NCBI RefSeq assembly: GCF_018350175.1
Contig: NC_058383.1
Span: forward strand, 8,558,001-8,622,000
DNA: 64,000 bases
Origin: Felis catus
Taxonomy: Eukaryota
Direction of reading: 5' to 3'
The stretch's first letter is position 1. Each line of letters opens with the position of its first letter. Below the pieces are notes generated by a model that worked only from the letters and a program-made list of their open reading frames with translations, had not been told where the DNA came from and did not search any database. This document shows positions 48,431 to 61,856 of this stretch, in pieces. Both the position numbers and the translations under genes were made by a program.

Positions 48431-50744
48431 AGATCCTTAAAAGGGAGGGTTGGTTTTATTTAATTCATATTTTAAGAGAATGACGCTTCCCTTATCTGCT
48501 CTGATGAGCTTTCCAGAACACAGGTAGCAGTCAGGGGGCTGAGCTGCCAGGGGATGGCTCTCCAAGGGCGCCTCTCTTGCCCCCTCCCAAGCCTCGCTTC
48601 CACCCAGCTCCTCTTGTACACACGCTTCTAATAGTATCGATCATCTGCTTCTCAAGGTCCTAACACGTTAAAACAACAAATCGGAAGAAGGCAAGGGACG
48701 TCCTCGAGGTAGGACTGGCTGTCCACTTGGGAGCAGAAGACCAGAAAGACAAAAGAATTGCAGGCCCCGGGCTGTGTCGTGCGGGGGCAGTTTCTGCATG
48801 CCGACTGTTGAGGAATGTACGGATGCGGGACGGATTTCGGCACTAACCTTCATTATGCTTAGCTCGAGCCACTAAGTGATTAAGTTAGGTTCTGGTTAGA
48901 CCCCTGTGCCGACCATCCCTGTGGAGGAGGCGTATTTTCTCCTGCGCTGTAGCAAATGTCGGGGCCGAGACCGAAGACACTCACTTGGAAGTTGAACTTT
49001 GGGGCGCCTTTCTTCCGCTCATTGTGCCGGGCCCATGATGTACTGTCATCTGGAAATGGTGGCTCTCGGTGTGAGAACGTGGGGTTGTCTGGGTGGCCTG
49101 CCTTTGGATGCGCCCAGAAGCCGTCAGCTGCCTGCCCTGCCGGCTGAGGGCACGCTGGCCTGGGCGGCCGACCCTTCTGACTTGGAACCTTTGCTCTTCC
49201 ATTTATGAGCCGTGTGACCTTGGGCCCTTAACCTGCTTCCTCTGTACAAGGGTGATAGTAAAACTACTCTCACTTCGTAAGGGTTTTGTTAAGACTCCGC
49301 TTAGGACGGTGCCTGATCCACGATCCTTGGTTGGTGTAGCCTGAAAAAGTCAAGGAAGGTGTTACGGGGGAGGCAGCTCACCAGAAGAGACCGCCCTCTC
49401 TGAAAAGAATACTAGTGGTAGTAACCCAGACCGAGATGTCCCGTCATCAGGGCGGCAGGGATGCCTGGGCCGTCTGGCTCACCGGGTACGTACTGATGTT
49501 GTGGCGTTGGTATTTTTCTTTTATGCTTTTTTCCCCAAAGACTGTTCTGCCTTAGAAGATTAAAAATATCTGCTTCCACATTAGACCCAATTCAGTTTGA
49601 ATAATTGCATTTTTAAGGCAAAAGCCTGCTCTTGGGCATGAGTAGCTTGCACGTCAGACGTTCAGCGGGCAAATGAAAAACGTGAGTCATGCAGTGCTTG
49701 GCACCTTGGGCTTTTAATATTTGGTGGCGAACTTCCTACGGAGAGGAGGACTTTGAAAGTGGACGTCCTTTCAGATCCAGATGGCCAAAGGATTCTCCGG
49801 TGTCGGTTGGGACTAGTGATTGAATTTTCTCCTCCTGTTTCCTTGGCCTGCTGGGCCTCTCCGGGGGCCCAGTTTTGTTCAGAAGTGACCGTGTCGGTAC
49901 AGCGAGGCTGTGTGCCTGGGGAATGTGCCTGCCTCGAAGGATGAGAACAATCCATCCTAGCAGCTTCTCGAATGCACAGCAGATAGAAAAGAGAGCGCGT
50001 GTAGAGCAACGCGCAAGGCATCTTTTGGTTTTTTTTTTTTTTTTTTTTTTTTTTGTCTCCGATGGTTGCTGACAGCGACCAGCAGGACCCAGCAGCTTGC
50101 CATGTGACTTACGTGTCAGGCTCTGAGTTTTGTTTTCTTGGCCAGGATCTGGAAGGCTGTTTCCAAGTAGGTGTTTCTTCCTTGGCGGCAGATCTGGGCT
50201 GTTATGTAGTCAGCCCTGTCCTTTTCTGAAGGGGAGCCGCCGTGGGGGGATGGGAGAGGGGCAGCGTGGCTAATATTAGCGTTCCCTCCCTCCTGGATCA
50301 TGTAATCTCTAACGGACTGGCACTGTTGCCTGGATTTTGAATGTAGGCAGTTCCTATAAAGCGCACTTGGGTCTGACTTTTAGGTATGTAAGAGGAAGAC
50401 AGAATTTGGAGGAAATGGTGAAATCGTTTTACAGAACATGCAGCAGCCCCTAGGGATTTCAGGAGCAAAGTCAGAAAGTTTACTGGGGAGAAATCTTGGA
50501 TGATAAGGAAAAAGAATTCCGTGCCTGGTAGGGGCTCGAGGCTCCCCTGAGACATAGGTGCTCCCGAGTGCCCGGCTGGGCCCGCGGCTACAGGAAGGGC
50601 CTCCTGGGCTTTCGGTCCCAGCAGCTCCCGGCAGCCTCTGGGGAAGTGGGAGGCTGGGAGCTCCCTCCACCTGACATTTCCAGCCCAGGTTGGAGCAGAG
50701 CTCCTAGGTTCTGCCTTGAGAAAATGGTCGGGGGGGGGGGGCGG

Positions 50745-50961
50745 GGGGCGCCTGGGCGGCTCAGTCCGTGAAGCGTGTCCGACTCTTGGTTTCAGCTCAG
50801 GTCATGCTCTCACGGTTCCTGAGTTCGAGCCCCACATCGGGCTTCGTGCTCACGGTGCGGAGCCAACTTGGGATTCTCTCCCTCCCTGTCTCTCTGCCCC
50901 TCCCTTGCTCACTCTGTCTCTCTCTCTCAAAATAGATAAATAAACACTTAAAAATTTTTTA
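50745..50961 (+). mobile_element. CanSINE
   Basis: Full body; TSD AGAAAATGGTC at 50719-50729 and 50962-50972. Confidence 0.92.
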
Positions 50962-50977
50962 AGAAAATGGTCAGGGA

Positions 50978-51102
50978 GGGCACCTGACTGGCTCAGTTGG
51001 AGGAGTGTGCAACCCGTGATCTTTTGGGTTGTGAGTTTGAGCCCCACACTGGCATAGACTTTACCTAAAAATAAGTAAAATAAAAAAACAAAAACAAAAA
51101 AA
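50978..51102 (+). mobile_element. Short tRNA-Lys-like CanSINE (older)
   Basis: gggcacctgactggctcagttgg...gtgagtttgagccccacac plus A-rich tail. Confidence 0.82.
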
Positions 51103-54100
51103 AGGAAAGGGTAAGGGATGAGAAGCTTGGGAGGAAAAACAGTTGTGAAGGCAGAATAAACACTCTTCCATGTGATCCTTATGGTTATCACAGTGTGGAG
51201 TTGTTGAAGGAACCAGAAAAAGAAAAAAAAAAGAAGGTTGTCCGTCCTTTTGAATGTATTTCATTTAAAAATAAAAACGGCCTAACGGTAGTCATTGTTT
51301 TTGCAGGTTTTCTTTCTCTCAAAGCACTTTATTTTCAGTTTTTACCCCGATTCTATCAGTATGAGAAAAGGACCAGCCCCGGCCCCCTGCCCACCTCTCC
51401 CCACCGTCAGCACCTGCACCCTGGAACTGTTCTCTGTCTACGCAGCTGGCTTCTGCACCTGGTCCCCAGGTTTCAGCGTGGGCATTGCTTGCTGGTGGGG
51501 TGCCGTGGGACTGGGACCGGCAGGTGCGGTGGAGGCCTCACCATGGGGCCCCTGCAGAGTGGCCCTGTTTCTCTGCTCACCCGATTTTCAGGTATTGGGC
51601 ATTTGGATAGCTACGACTATGGAAATAGGAGTTTCTGTGTACAAGGTCTAATTTACCCCCAAACTCTTTCCCAGCAACACGTATCTCTTAAAACATCAGG
51701 TAGGTAGGGGTTCATCTTTTCTTTGGGAGCCCCCTCCTGGTCCCTTGTCCTTCTCCTGCTGGGACGGGCTGCTGCCTGGCACGGGGCCCCCCACTTTCCT
51801 CCTGGTCCCCTTCCCCATCATCTTGGGCCACCCTTTCCCCCTCCTGCTTTGGATCCCTGTCTCCTGAATTCTGCGATTTTGTCTTTCTCTCATTTGGGGA
51901 ATCTCCTCCAGTAGCTTCCTGATAAAGATGGTTGCCGAGCATAGAATTCTAGAATTCCACCCTCGCAAGTCAAAGACGTGGCTCCGCTGGTCAAGGACAG
52001 TCTCGTTTCCCATCCTTTGCCGTTTCTCTGTGACACCGTTTAGAGCCCTGATCTTCGCCTCCTGTTCTCCGGGATCGTGACGGTTCTCCTCGGGGTGGGT
52101 CTCGTTCTCTGTCCTCCAGAACTCGTTATGCAGGCGCTGGGCCTCGTGGCCGAATCTGGCCATTTTTCTCCCCTTCCATTTTTCATGTCTTTGTCTTTTT
52201 TGATGTATCTGGGAGAACTGTTCAACCGTCCGATCTTCCTGTACTTTTATCTGTCATGGTTGTAACTTCTGAGTTTTCTTTCTTGTTCTCTGAATGTTAC
52301 ATTCTTACGCCCTACTCTTGTTCCTACCCGAAGGGTCCTTTTTGATCTCACCGGCTGCATTCACCACGGTTTCTTTTAAAAGTTCTCTTGTCTTCGTTGA
52401 CTTCTCTTCATTTTTTTACTTTTTAAAATCCGTCTTATTTAATATCTGTAAACAATTGGATGGAACACATTTTGGTCGCAAAGGGTAGTAACTAAAATCC
52501 GCAAACGTCTCTCCCCTCCTCTCTCTTGAACCCAAGAACATCCCCAATAATTTGCATCCACCGGGAGACTCCCTCCTGTTTCTCTGCCTCCTCATCCAGA
52601 CAGGCGACCCCTGTCCTCAGTTCTGTATCTATTATGTCATAGCCTTAAAATAATGTCGTTTATCGCAAATGTGTATATGCTGTGGTATTTACTCTTGCTT
52701 GGTTTTGAGCTCTGTAAAAATGGTATCATTTGGCATGCCGACTGCTGGCACTTACTTTTTTGACTATTGTGTCACGGAGATTCATCTGTGATGTTGCAGG
52801 AAATGTGGTCTCTATTTTCTCTGAGGTTGGTACCCAGTTGTATGACTGGACCAATTTTATTTATCCCTTCTCCTGTTGATTCGTCTCTTTTCTTTTTTTT
52901 TTTTTTCTCTTTGTCTTGGTCCCAGTTAGAGGTTTCGTCAAATGCCTGGTGACATTTCTGTCATCTGTCCATACTTAAGAGCAAGGCATCAGCATGCTTA
53001 TATAGAGTGGGGGGGGGGAGGGGGCGCAGGGTTGGGGACAGTTGACAGGTGGTGGCCTTCCCTGTAAGAGATCAGTCAGGTGTTTTTTGGGGGGGAGTCC
53101 CTGATGTGTCAGTGCCTGTGGCTCTTTTCTTTTGAGCTGACAGTTTCTTTAGCAAGAGGCCCTTGGTTTCCCTGCAGGGAGGGGAGGTTGGGGGCGAGAC
53201 AGCTGATTGCCGGTTTTCCAGTGCCCAGGCCGGGGAAGGGCCTGGGATGTTCACTCAGTCCCCCTGCATGTGGCGGAGAGCAGTTTCAGTCTTCTGCTGA
53301 TGGGGGTGAGGTGGGGGGAGGTCCCAGGCTGCTTGAGGTGGGGGAGGGGTCTGCCCGCGCCTCTGAATGGCATTTTGCCCACCTTGCGCCCCCACCTTGC
53401 CAAGCCCCTGCCGCTCCCTGTCCAAGTTCTGTGGAACGGATGACCTTACTGCATATTGGGTCCCATCTTGAGGTCAGGCCGTAAGCTTCCTCTGCTCTCT
53501 TGAGGCTGCGGTGTGGCTGGTCCAACCACCTTCCAGCCCCTCACGTTCGGGGGCTTCCCTTTTGCTCCCTCCCCTCTCCTCTGTGTCCTGTGAGTTCAGA
53601 CCTTACTGCTGCCGAGGGCGCAGAGATGACGCATGTGTTGGTCTGCCACATTAACCTGGAACTCACACGTTTTCAAGAGGCCCGAATTTATGGACGGGCT
53701 GAGGCTTTCTACGAGGACACCGGTTTTGTAGGAAACACCAGTTTTGTCTTTCACAGCGATCTTTTGGGAGCTGCTCCCAGCCAGGCTGCCAGTGAGTGAC
53801 ACATGGGAAGCACATGCTGGGATTGTCTTCAGAGCTGCTTCAGGAACTGCCGAGAACAGCCGTCTCCTTACCGTAGGGGCCTTGGCTGTGCTGGGGGGGG
53901 GGGGGGGGGAGGCGCGGCTTCCAGTCCTGCCTGCATTGGTTACTGGTTGCCTGGCCGCACACCCTCACCTCCCTCACCTGTACCAGGCGAGGCGAGACCT
54001 TCTTGGCTGGGTGGTTACAAAAACAAAACGAGGGGGTAGATGTGAGGTGCCGGCAGGGAGCCGCTCTGTAAACAGGAGCTATTATTAACCCTACACCCTT

Positions 54101-54248
54101 GCTGGACCAAGAAATGGCACCTCATTCGCAGCAACGTGCTCCCACCCGTTTTTATTCACACGCACACATGCTCAAAAGGACTAAAAACAGACTCACTTTG
54201 GATTGCGATACAATCCTCCCTCTCCGTTTTCTCTCCTTCCCCCCCCAC

Positions 54249-54315
54249 CTTTTTTTAAAGTTTATTTTATTTAAGTAATCTCTATGATGCCCAGCGTGGG
54301 GCTCGAACTCACGAG
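54249..54315 (-). mobile_element. Truncated short CanSINE
   Basis: tttaagtaatctctatgatgcccagcgtggggctcgaactcacga. Confidence 0.7.
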
Positions 54316-57300
54316 GCTTAGGGCACCTGCAGGTGGCACAGTGGGAGAGTCCTCAGTGTTTCCGCAGGGATTTTATAATTTAAGTTCCAACACTGAGTCT
54401 GGCGCCTTCTCCGTGTTCTCCCCCCCGCCGCCGTGTGAGAAACAGCTTGGGTCAGCAGGAAGCGTGCAAGTAACCAGTAAGCTTTAAGTTGTCACGATAC
54501 GTAATGACCAGAATGTTATTCCACGGTTGCAATTTGTTTACCTCATTAGAGTTGTGTGTCCATCCATTCTCCTCCCTGACCTTAATTGTTTACCCAGGCC
54601 GCTGTTTCCCATTCTCTAATTGAAGGCTCTAAAAATGGGCCCGTCAAGAAGGCTCGTGGATGTGGGAAGGAGGCGGGCTTCACAGAAGGATGGCCCGAGC
54701 AGACGGGTCTCAGGAAAGCCTTGAGAAGGCTGGGCCTCTCCGAGCCGGGACAGACGCAGCAATGCAATCTGTTTCCTGCAGGCCCGAAGGGAATGCTTCC
54801 TCCTTGTGGTTAGTGACTTCAAAAGTTGCCCCAGTTAGATGAAGTTCAACCGTTTCTCCAGTTTCCACAACCGGGGGGCAGCCGGTCACGCTGCCGTAGC
54901 CACTGTTGCTCGGGCCCTTGAGGAAGAGCCTCCTCCGGACCCCCCGGGAGAAGAAGCTTACGAGCTTTCCTGTTCGTTCTTTCTGGGCCCTTCCTCAGTG
55001 TCAAACCGAAACTGCTTTCCTGAAGCCAAATTAACTCAGGGATCCCTCCTCAGGCCTCATCCTCCTTGACCTCCACCTCCTCGACTCCCACACGTGCCGG
55101 CTGTACCAGGCCCCTGGGCCTTTGAACCGGCCCTCCTTGGTCATGCCTCTGTCTTCTCCCAGGAGCACCCTCTGCCGTCCTTCTCCCCAGCCTCTCAAGC
55201 CCTGCCCAGCTCCAGTTCCTGTTTCTGTTTGACCGGAGCCCTTCCGATCCCCTCCAGCAGACAGCAGACAGAATCTGCCCTCCTCTAAAGCCCCGGGCCC
55301 TCCTCTCATTGCACCCGGTGTCGGTCGCCTGGGTCCTCGTTTGGCGCCTCTCGTAGGCCTTCAGCAGCGCAGGGGCAGCGCAGGGGCTGTGCAGGGCTCT
55401 GACGCTCCCGCGCCTTCCGCGCCTCCCGCGGTGCCTCGCATATTGTAGGCAGAGCATTCAGTAAATGTCATTTTTGAAATATCCGTAGAAATAAAAAGAA
55501 GTGCTTTTTAAAAAATTTTTTTTTTATTTATTTTTTTTTTATTTTCCAGGAGTCAAAATGCATGGCTTTCATCCACTTTCAACACATAAAAGATGTTTTC
55601 AACACAGAAAGGCCTTTCACCGCTCTTAATAGTCAGCTTTTGGAAAGATGTGGACTAGAATGAAAAATGAGGATGAACACCTCTGAAATCAGCTGTTTTG
55701 AATTAAATAAAGCAGAGTGAGGTTGGAGTCAGGTGAAGCGAGAAGATGGCATTTAGCCAGTGAGGATTAATACGCCGGCTCCTTTAAGCCGAGGGACCGT
55801 CTTCTCTGAAATGTGTGAGGGGTGGACAGGGCTTGTCTGCCCCTCTCCCCCCCACTTCTGCCCCAACAGGGCTGTCGCCCCCTTACCTCGACTTGGCTCG
55901 GGATGACTTCATCCTTCCCATGGCTTTGCATAATTGCGAGGAGGTGTTCTGGGGGTTTTTTCGCGGGGATTTTTCCCCCCTTAGCTGTAGTTCCGGGTGC
56001 TTTTCGGAGACCCGCTTCACCGGGCTGGCTTAGCAAGTGAGGATTCCGGGTCCGGGAGCGAGTTGTCTGAATGTCCGGGGCGGGTGAGCACCTGGAGGCC
56101 CTCTCGGCTCCGTGGGCGTCTGCAGGTGTTTTGGGTGGGTCGAGTGCCCCTGTCCCCTTTCTCCACGTGGAGCATGGTGGCCTGGATGTCGTGTATCCAG
56201 CGGGACCCCTAGCCAGCTTTGCACGGAGACTATGGGAACGGGACTAAAGTCACGAAATGTCCTTGCAGGACCTGTTGACCTGACCTCTGTCTCGGTGGAG
56301 CAGTGGGGGTCCCTAGTCTGACCCCGAAGGTGGCAGAGGCGATCTTCCCTTGCTCGAGGCCAGCTGTTAATGAACTTCAACACAGAAGGGAGTTCTCTTC
56401 TCCATTCTGGGTGGGGACTAGTAAAATGCCTTTGGCCAGCTGGTAGAACTAAGTCCTGGGAAATTCTGGAACCTCCAGCGCAGTCGACTTGGAGTGAACC
56501 GTGTGGACAGCAGTGAATTTGCCCCCCTACGTGTTTTCTCCAGTCAGGCTCGTCCCTCGTGGTGGGCACCTGGTGCTGGTGGTTTTTACAGGAGCCGAGT
56601 GCCCCCTTCCTTGGAGCCAGCCTTTGCCTGGGCGTGGTCTTGTCGGCCACTCAGGGCCGTTCCAGATAGTGCGGCCCTTCAGGGGTCAGGTCAGGCATCT
56701 GTGGCCCCGGGCCAGCATTTTAACCGAATGCCCGGAGTGCACAGCCCAGGCCCTCCACTCAGTGCAGTGCTCGGGCCAGAACAGAGTATTTTGAACACTG
56801 GACACTGTGTCTCAGTTGTTACACCCGGGAGCAGGACTCATTACCAGGGAGCTTGAATTTAAGAAAAAAAAAATGCCGTTATCTAGATTCCTCAAGGTTA
56901 CGACAAAGCTGAAGCAGCTTGTTACCAAGCAAATGGACAGAAGTGTCGCCAGAAGCATTTCAGTTTCTGTTTTTGGGGTAGTGGTGGCAGGGGTTCCATC
57001 TCAGAGGCTGACTTGGGTTTGCTTCAGTTGGTTTTACTTCCTTCAGGACGCAGGTCTGGTGTTCCTTCCCGCGCGTAAGAGAGCACCCCCTCCCGGCCCC
57101 TCCCTGGACTTTTTCTTCTTCATTGACTTATCAGTCACGTGAGCCACTATTTATAAAGTCTGTCCCCTCCCTCCCCCACTCCCCCCACCATGTGAACCGA
57201 GGCTGCTTAATGAAGGTACACCTTGGCCCCTAGTATGGGAATGGCTTTTTAATCCCAAGAACGTCTTGCTATTTATTCCTGGACCGTGGAAACCAGTACA

Positions 57301-58064
57301 CTGCCCCCTTTTTTTTTTTTTTTTTTTCTTTCTCCCCTTGAAGAAATCCAGTAACCCTAGGCTTTCTAGATCCAAAGTGGGTCAGATGGCTAATGATTGA
57401 AGATGGATTGGCGTCCAGTGTCTTTGGAAACCTAAAGCTGGACTCGGGCTGCATTCGTGTTTCTCTTCCTCTCGTCAAAGCGCCTCCAATGGCAGCTGAC
57501 TTTGCAGTCACTGTGCACTGGGGGTAAGCCAAGCCCCAGCCGCTGGAGACCGGGTGGCCCTGCCTCCACCTGAGCTGGGAGGGAGGCGGGTCTATGATTA
57601 ACTCGGTGATGTCTTCAATGTGATTGCTGGGGGCTGAAAACATTAACTTTTACAAAATGATTTAAAATTACCAATTGACCATATCCGGGGCTGAACCTGC
57701 ATGATTCAGCTCCTTTTAAAAATATCTTTTCTCAACAAATTGCTTCCTTAACATTTTAATTTGTTGATCATAAAGGAAGCTTGCCAAATATTAGCTGGTC
57801 TTTTCCATTTCCTGCAGCTCCGAGCTTCCCTTATTTGGCATATTTCAGTGGAACTGTAAGGTCACTCCCTAGTTCTCTTCCCAAAGAACTGTATTTATTA
57901 CTGTCAAGTATTGGCGGGTTTGATCCAGCTGTCATCAGAACGTTTGGAAATATTGTTTTTTGCCAGAATGCTGATTTAATGATCTAATACTGACATGGCT
58001 TGTTTTCTCCGCCGATTTGATAACTTACTTGTTCAATAAACTCCCCTCTTAGTGAGCCACGCTG

Positions 58065-58089
58065 TTCTTTTTTTTTTTCTTTTCCTTTC

Positions 58090-58120
<31 letters not shown>

Positions 58121-58298
58121 CTTTTCTTTTCTTTTCTTTTCTTTTCTTTTCTTTTCTTTCCTTTCCTTTCCTTTCCTTTCCTTTCCTTTCCTTTCCCTTC
58201 TCTTCTCTCTCTTCTCTCTTCTCTTCTCTTCTCTTCTCTTCTCTTCTCTTCTCTTCTCTTCTCTTCTCTTCTCTTCTCTTCTCTTCTCTTCTCTTCCT
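58065..58298. repeat. Compound pentanucleotide repeat (CTTTT)n-(CTTTC)n-(CTCTT)n; pure polypyrimidine tract
   Basis: 234 nt without a purine on the + strand. Confidence 0.97.
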
Positions 58299-60349
58299 GC
58301 TACCACAAGCTTTATAGGCAGTATCTTAAAGACAGTAGTGGATTTTTTTTTCCCCTTCCTTTCTCTTTCTTTTACTCCCTCCACCCCACCTCCTTCCTCT
58401 CCTCCCCTCCTCTTTTTTCTTCTTTTTTTTTGGAGAGGCCCTAGATGTGTTACCAACTGTCCTTGAAGAAGTTAGCATTGCTGCTGCCTGGTATTTTGAA
58501 GTGCACTTAAGAAAAATTTCAGACGGACCCCAAAGTAGAGAGGCAACTAGAACGAAACCTCCGTGTTCCTACCCCTCAACCAGCTTTACAAAGTTAGGAC
58601 CTAACATTATGCCTGGTTTCATCTCTGCCCCCACTTACTTGAATTTTGGAAAGGACATCATACTTCCCCGTAAATATTTCAATATGTATCTCTAAAAGAT
58701 AACGTTTTATTTTTTCTTAAGCACCATATAACCCAACATCATACCTCAAAAAAAGAAGGCAACAGTGTGAGGAAGGAATTTCTACCGTGTGGCACCCTAC
58801 TGAGTCAGTCTTTGGGCGTCACGGGAGGAGAGGGGCTTTGACTCAGAACTCTGCCCCAGGTCCTTTGCTGCTGCACCTGCCCTAGGGTCCCGAGCTAGTT
58901 ACTGCTACGACCCAGGAGTTGTGCTAGTTCCTCTGACTCAAAATCCTGAGTCTCTGGATGTTCGAGGCTCTGACTTGCTTTGGAGTTGGCCGCTTGGGCT
59001 TGGTTGCAGGAGGAGGTAGGCACGTGCCTCGTGTTGACCGATTCTGCTTGCTCGAGGGTGTGCCCTGCCTCGTTCCTGCCGGCGGCGGGAGTTTGAATGT
59101 TGGACTTCGGCTGCATCCACCTGGTAGTGGAACCTGTGCTCCTGATCATCCCGTTTCTGTCCTGGCGGATCATTGTATGTGCCTCGGATTCCCCTCCTTT
59201 CGCTTGTGCCGATTATCTGAAACTCTGTAGTAGTTGATTCTCTACGTGGAAGATCGGTTTCCACATTCAGCGGGTTAGCGTTTAGGGCCAGTTAACAGGG
59301 GTCAACATTTGCAACCCACTGTCGCCCCAGTCTTTTGGGACTGAGATGTTCCGGTCATTTGAATTTAACGAACTGCCTGGCTCTGCACCAGATACTGGGG
59401 CTTCAGAGCTCGTTCAGGTACTGGCTGTGCGTCCAGGAGCTCCTGCCCTCACTGCAGGAGGATGAGCCAGGCATAGGGCTGGGAGCTCAGTGCTAGGGGG
59501 CTGGGTGGACAGAAGGTCCTGAGTGGTGGTAATGGTCCTGCTGGGCCTTGGAGCATGCGTGAGATTTGCACATGTCCAGGGGGTGGGGGGTGGGGGGTAG
59601 CCCTGCGTCGATCACCCATAATCCCACTGCCGGAGTCCTATACCGTGAACGTTGTGATTCATTTCCTTTGGATATTTCCCTACAAATATATGTATTTATG
59701 ACATCTGTTCAAGCAACCAGTAACTCAGGAAGCCCGTATTGAGCACCCGGCCATGGGCCAGACCCTCTTTCTTGGTTCTGGGGTTGGCGGGGAGAGGTCA
59801 AGGTAATTCTTGCCCTTAAGGAGCTTACATTCTGGTACGTTTATGGAACAAATCCCATCATACAGTAGATGGTACCTGCGTTCGGTTTGGCTCACTTTAC
59901 GAATCACACCAGGCCATCCGTGGAATTATTTGCCTGCCCTTCCAGCCTGACAGAGAACAGCTGCCCGTGACACGTGACCCTCTCAACACCAGCCCCACTA
60001 ACAGGCCCAGAAGGTGCTCAGAGATGGCTTCCAGCTGGGCGGGCTCAGGGCCTGCCCCCTTTCCCTTTGGGTTGCCTGTAAAGGGTGGGTTTTTCCTCTT
60101 TTTGAGTGATTATACTGACCTAATTTGCATTGAGGGGCAGATTTAAAATCCTGGTATGATTTGCAACCCAAGTATGCCCTTAAATTGTTCCATTGCCAGG
60201 GGCGGTGTGGGGGCAACTGTTGTGTTGGTTTTCTTAGATATATAGGTGCCAGGTATGTGTTTGGATATGTCACATCTGAAGTTTAAAATTCAGGAAGGAT
60301 AAATACCCTATATCGTTCAGTGTATTTGGAAAATTTGGTTCTAAATTCA

Positions 60350-60760
60350 AATATATACCCAAACAGAAGAGCATAATGAATCCTTTTGTACCCATTATCC
60401 AGCTTCCATAATTATCTGCTCACAGCCAACCTCGTTTTAGCTGTATGTTCTCATTCCCCACCCCAACTTAATTTTGAAACAAATCCCAGACAGTGGATCT
60501 TGTTTCATCCATAAATATTTCAGTGTGTATCTTTAAAAGATAAGGACTTTTTTTTTTAATGTAACCACAATCCATTATCATATTTCCCCCCAGATGGCAA
60601 AAAAAACCAAAAAAAATCATTAGTATTAACTATCTACTCAAATACCCAAATTTCCATTTTCCCATAAATATCATAATTAAAGAAAATCCGATTCAGGAAC
60701 CAAGTAAGATCCTCACATTGTGATTGGTTCATGCATCTTAGTCTTTTCATTCTTTTAATT
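60350..60760 (-). mobile_element. L1MC4/5-like 3' fragment
   Basis: ataatgaa...gtacccattatccagcttc, ttttgaaacaaatcccagaca, aaatatttcagtgtgtatct..aaaagataagga. Confidence 0.7.
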
Positions 60761-60949
60761 GACCAGAACACCCCCCCCCTTCTTACCCCCACCCCGCATC
60801 TATTTCTATTTCTATTTCTATTTCGGAAGATCACATTTGGGCTTTTTTGGGGGGCGGGGGTGGGGGGCTAGATCCTTCCCTAGGCGATGGCATGCATTTC
60901 CGTCAGACCGTCAGGAGGCACACGTAATGTGTATGTGATGGCAGACTTT

Positions 60950-61817
60950 TTTCTCCTAATTTTTAAAATTGTGAAGTACACAGAGAAGGTACTGTCTTCA
61001 CTATTTTTAACTGTATTGCTCAGTGGCGTTAAGCACATTCACGCTATTGGGCAAACCATTACCACCATCTCCAGAATGCTCTTCATCTTGTGAGACTAAA
61101 ACTCTGTCCCCACGGAACACTAACTCCCCATCCCCCGTCTACAGGCAACCACGGTGCTTTCCGCGTCTATGGAGGACTACTGTAGGTGTTCGTGTAAGTG
61201 GAATCGTAACAGTGTTTGACTTTTTGTGACTGGCTTATTTCGCTCAACACCACGTCCTCAAGGTTGATCCTGGTTGTAGCACATGACATAACGCTTTTCC
61301 TTTTTAAGGCTGAATAGTATTCCGTCGTATGGATAGACCACACTTTGCTTATTCATTCCTCCATGGGCAGACACTCGGGTCGCTTTTGTGAGTAACGCTG
61401 CTGTGAACATTGACGTGCAGATAACTCTTTGAGACCCTGCTTTCAGTTCTTTTGAGTATATACCCAGAGGTTTGCTGGATCACATGTTGGTTCTATTTTT
61501 GATATTTTGAGAAATGGTTATACTGTTTTCCACAGCGGCCGCACCAGTTTGCAATCCCACCCACGGTGCGCAAGGGCTCATTGCCTTACTTCACCAGTAC
61601 TTATTTTCTGTGTGTGTGTGTGTGTGTGTGTTAATGTTTATTTATTTTTGAGAGAGTGTGAGCAGGAGAGGGGCAGACAGACAGGGACAGAGGACCTGAA
61701 GTGGGCTCTGTGCTGACGGCAGAGAACCCGATGCGGGGCTTGAACTCACAAACTGTGAGATAATGGCCTGAGTCAAAGTTGGATGCTCAACCGACTAAGC
61801 CACCCAGGTACCCCTGG

Positions 61818-61856
<39 letters not shown>

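Noticed and set aside
58049..58456. ORFs rich in REEKR/KEKKR or FSSLL repeats
   Set aside because: Translations of the pentanucleotide microsatellite.
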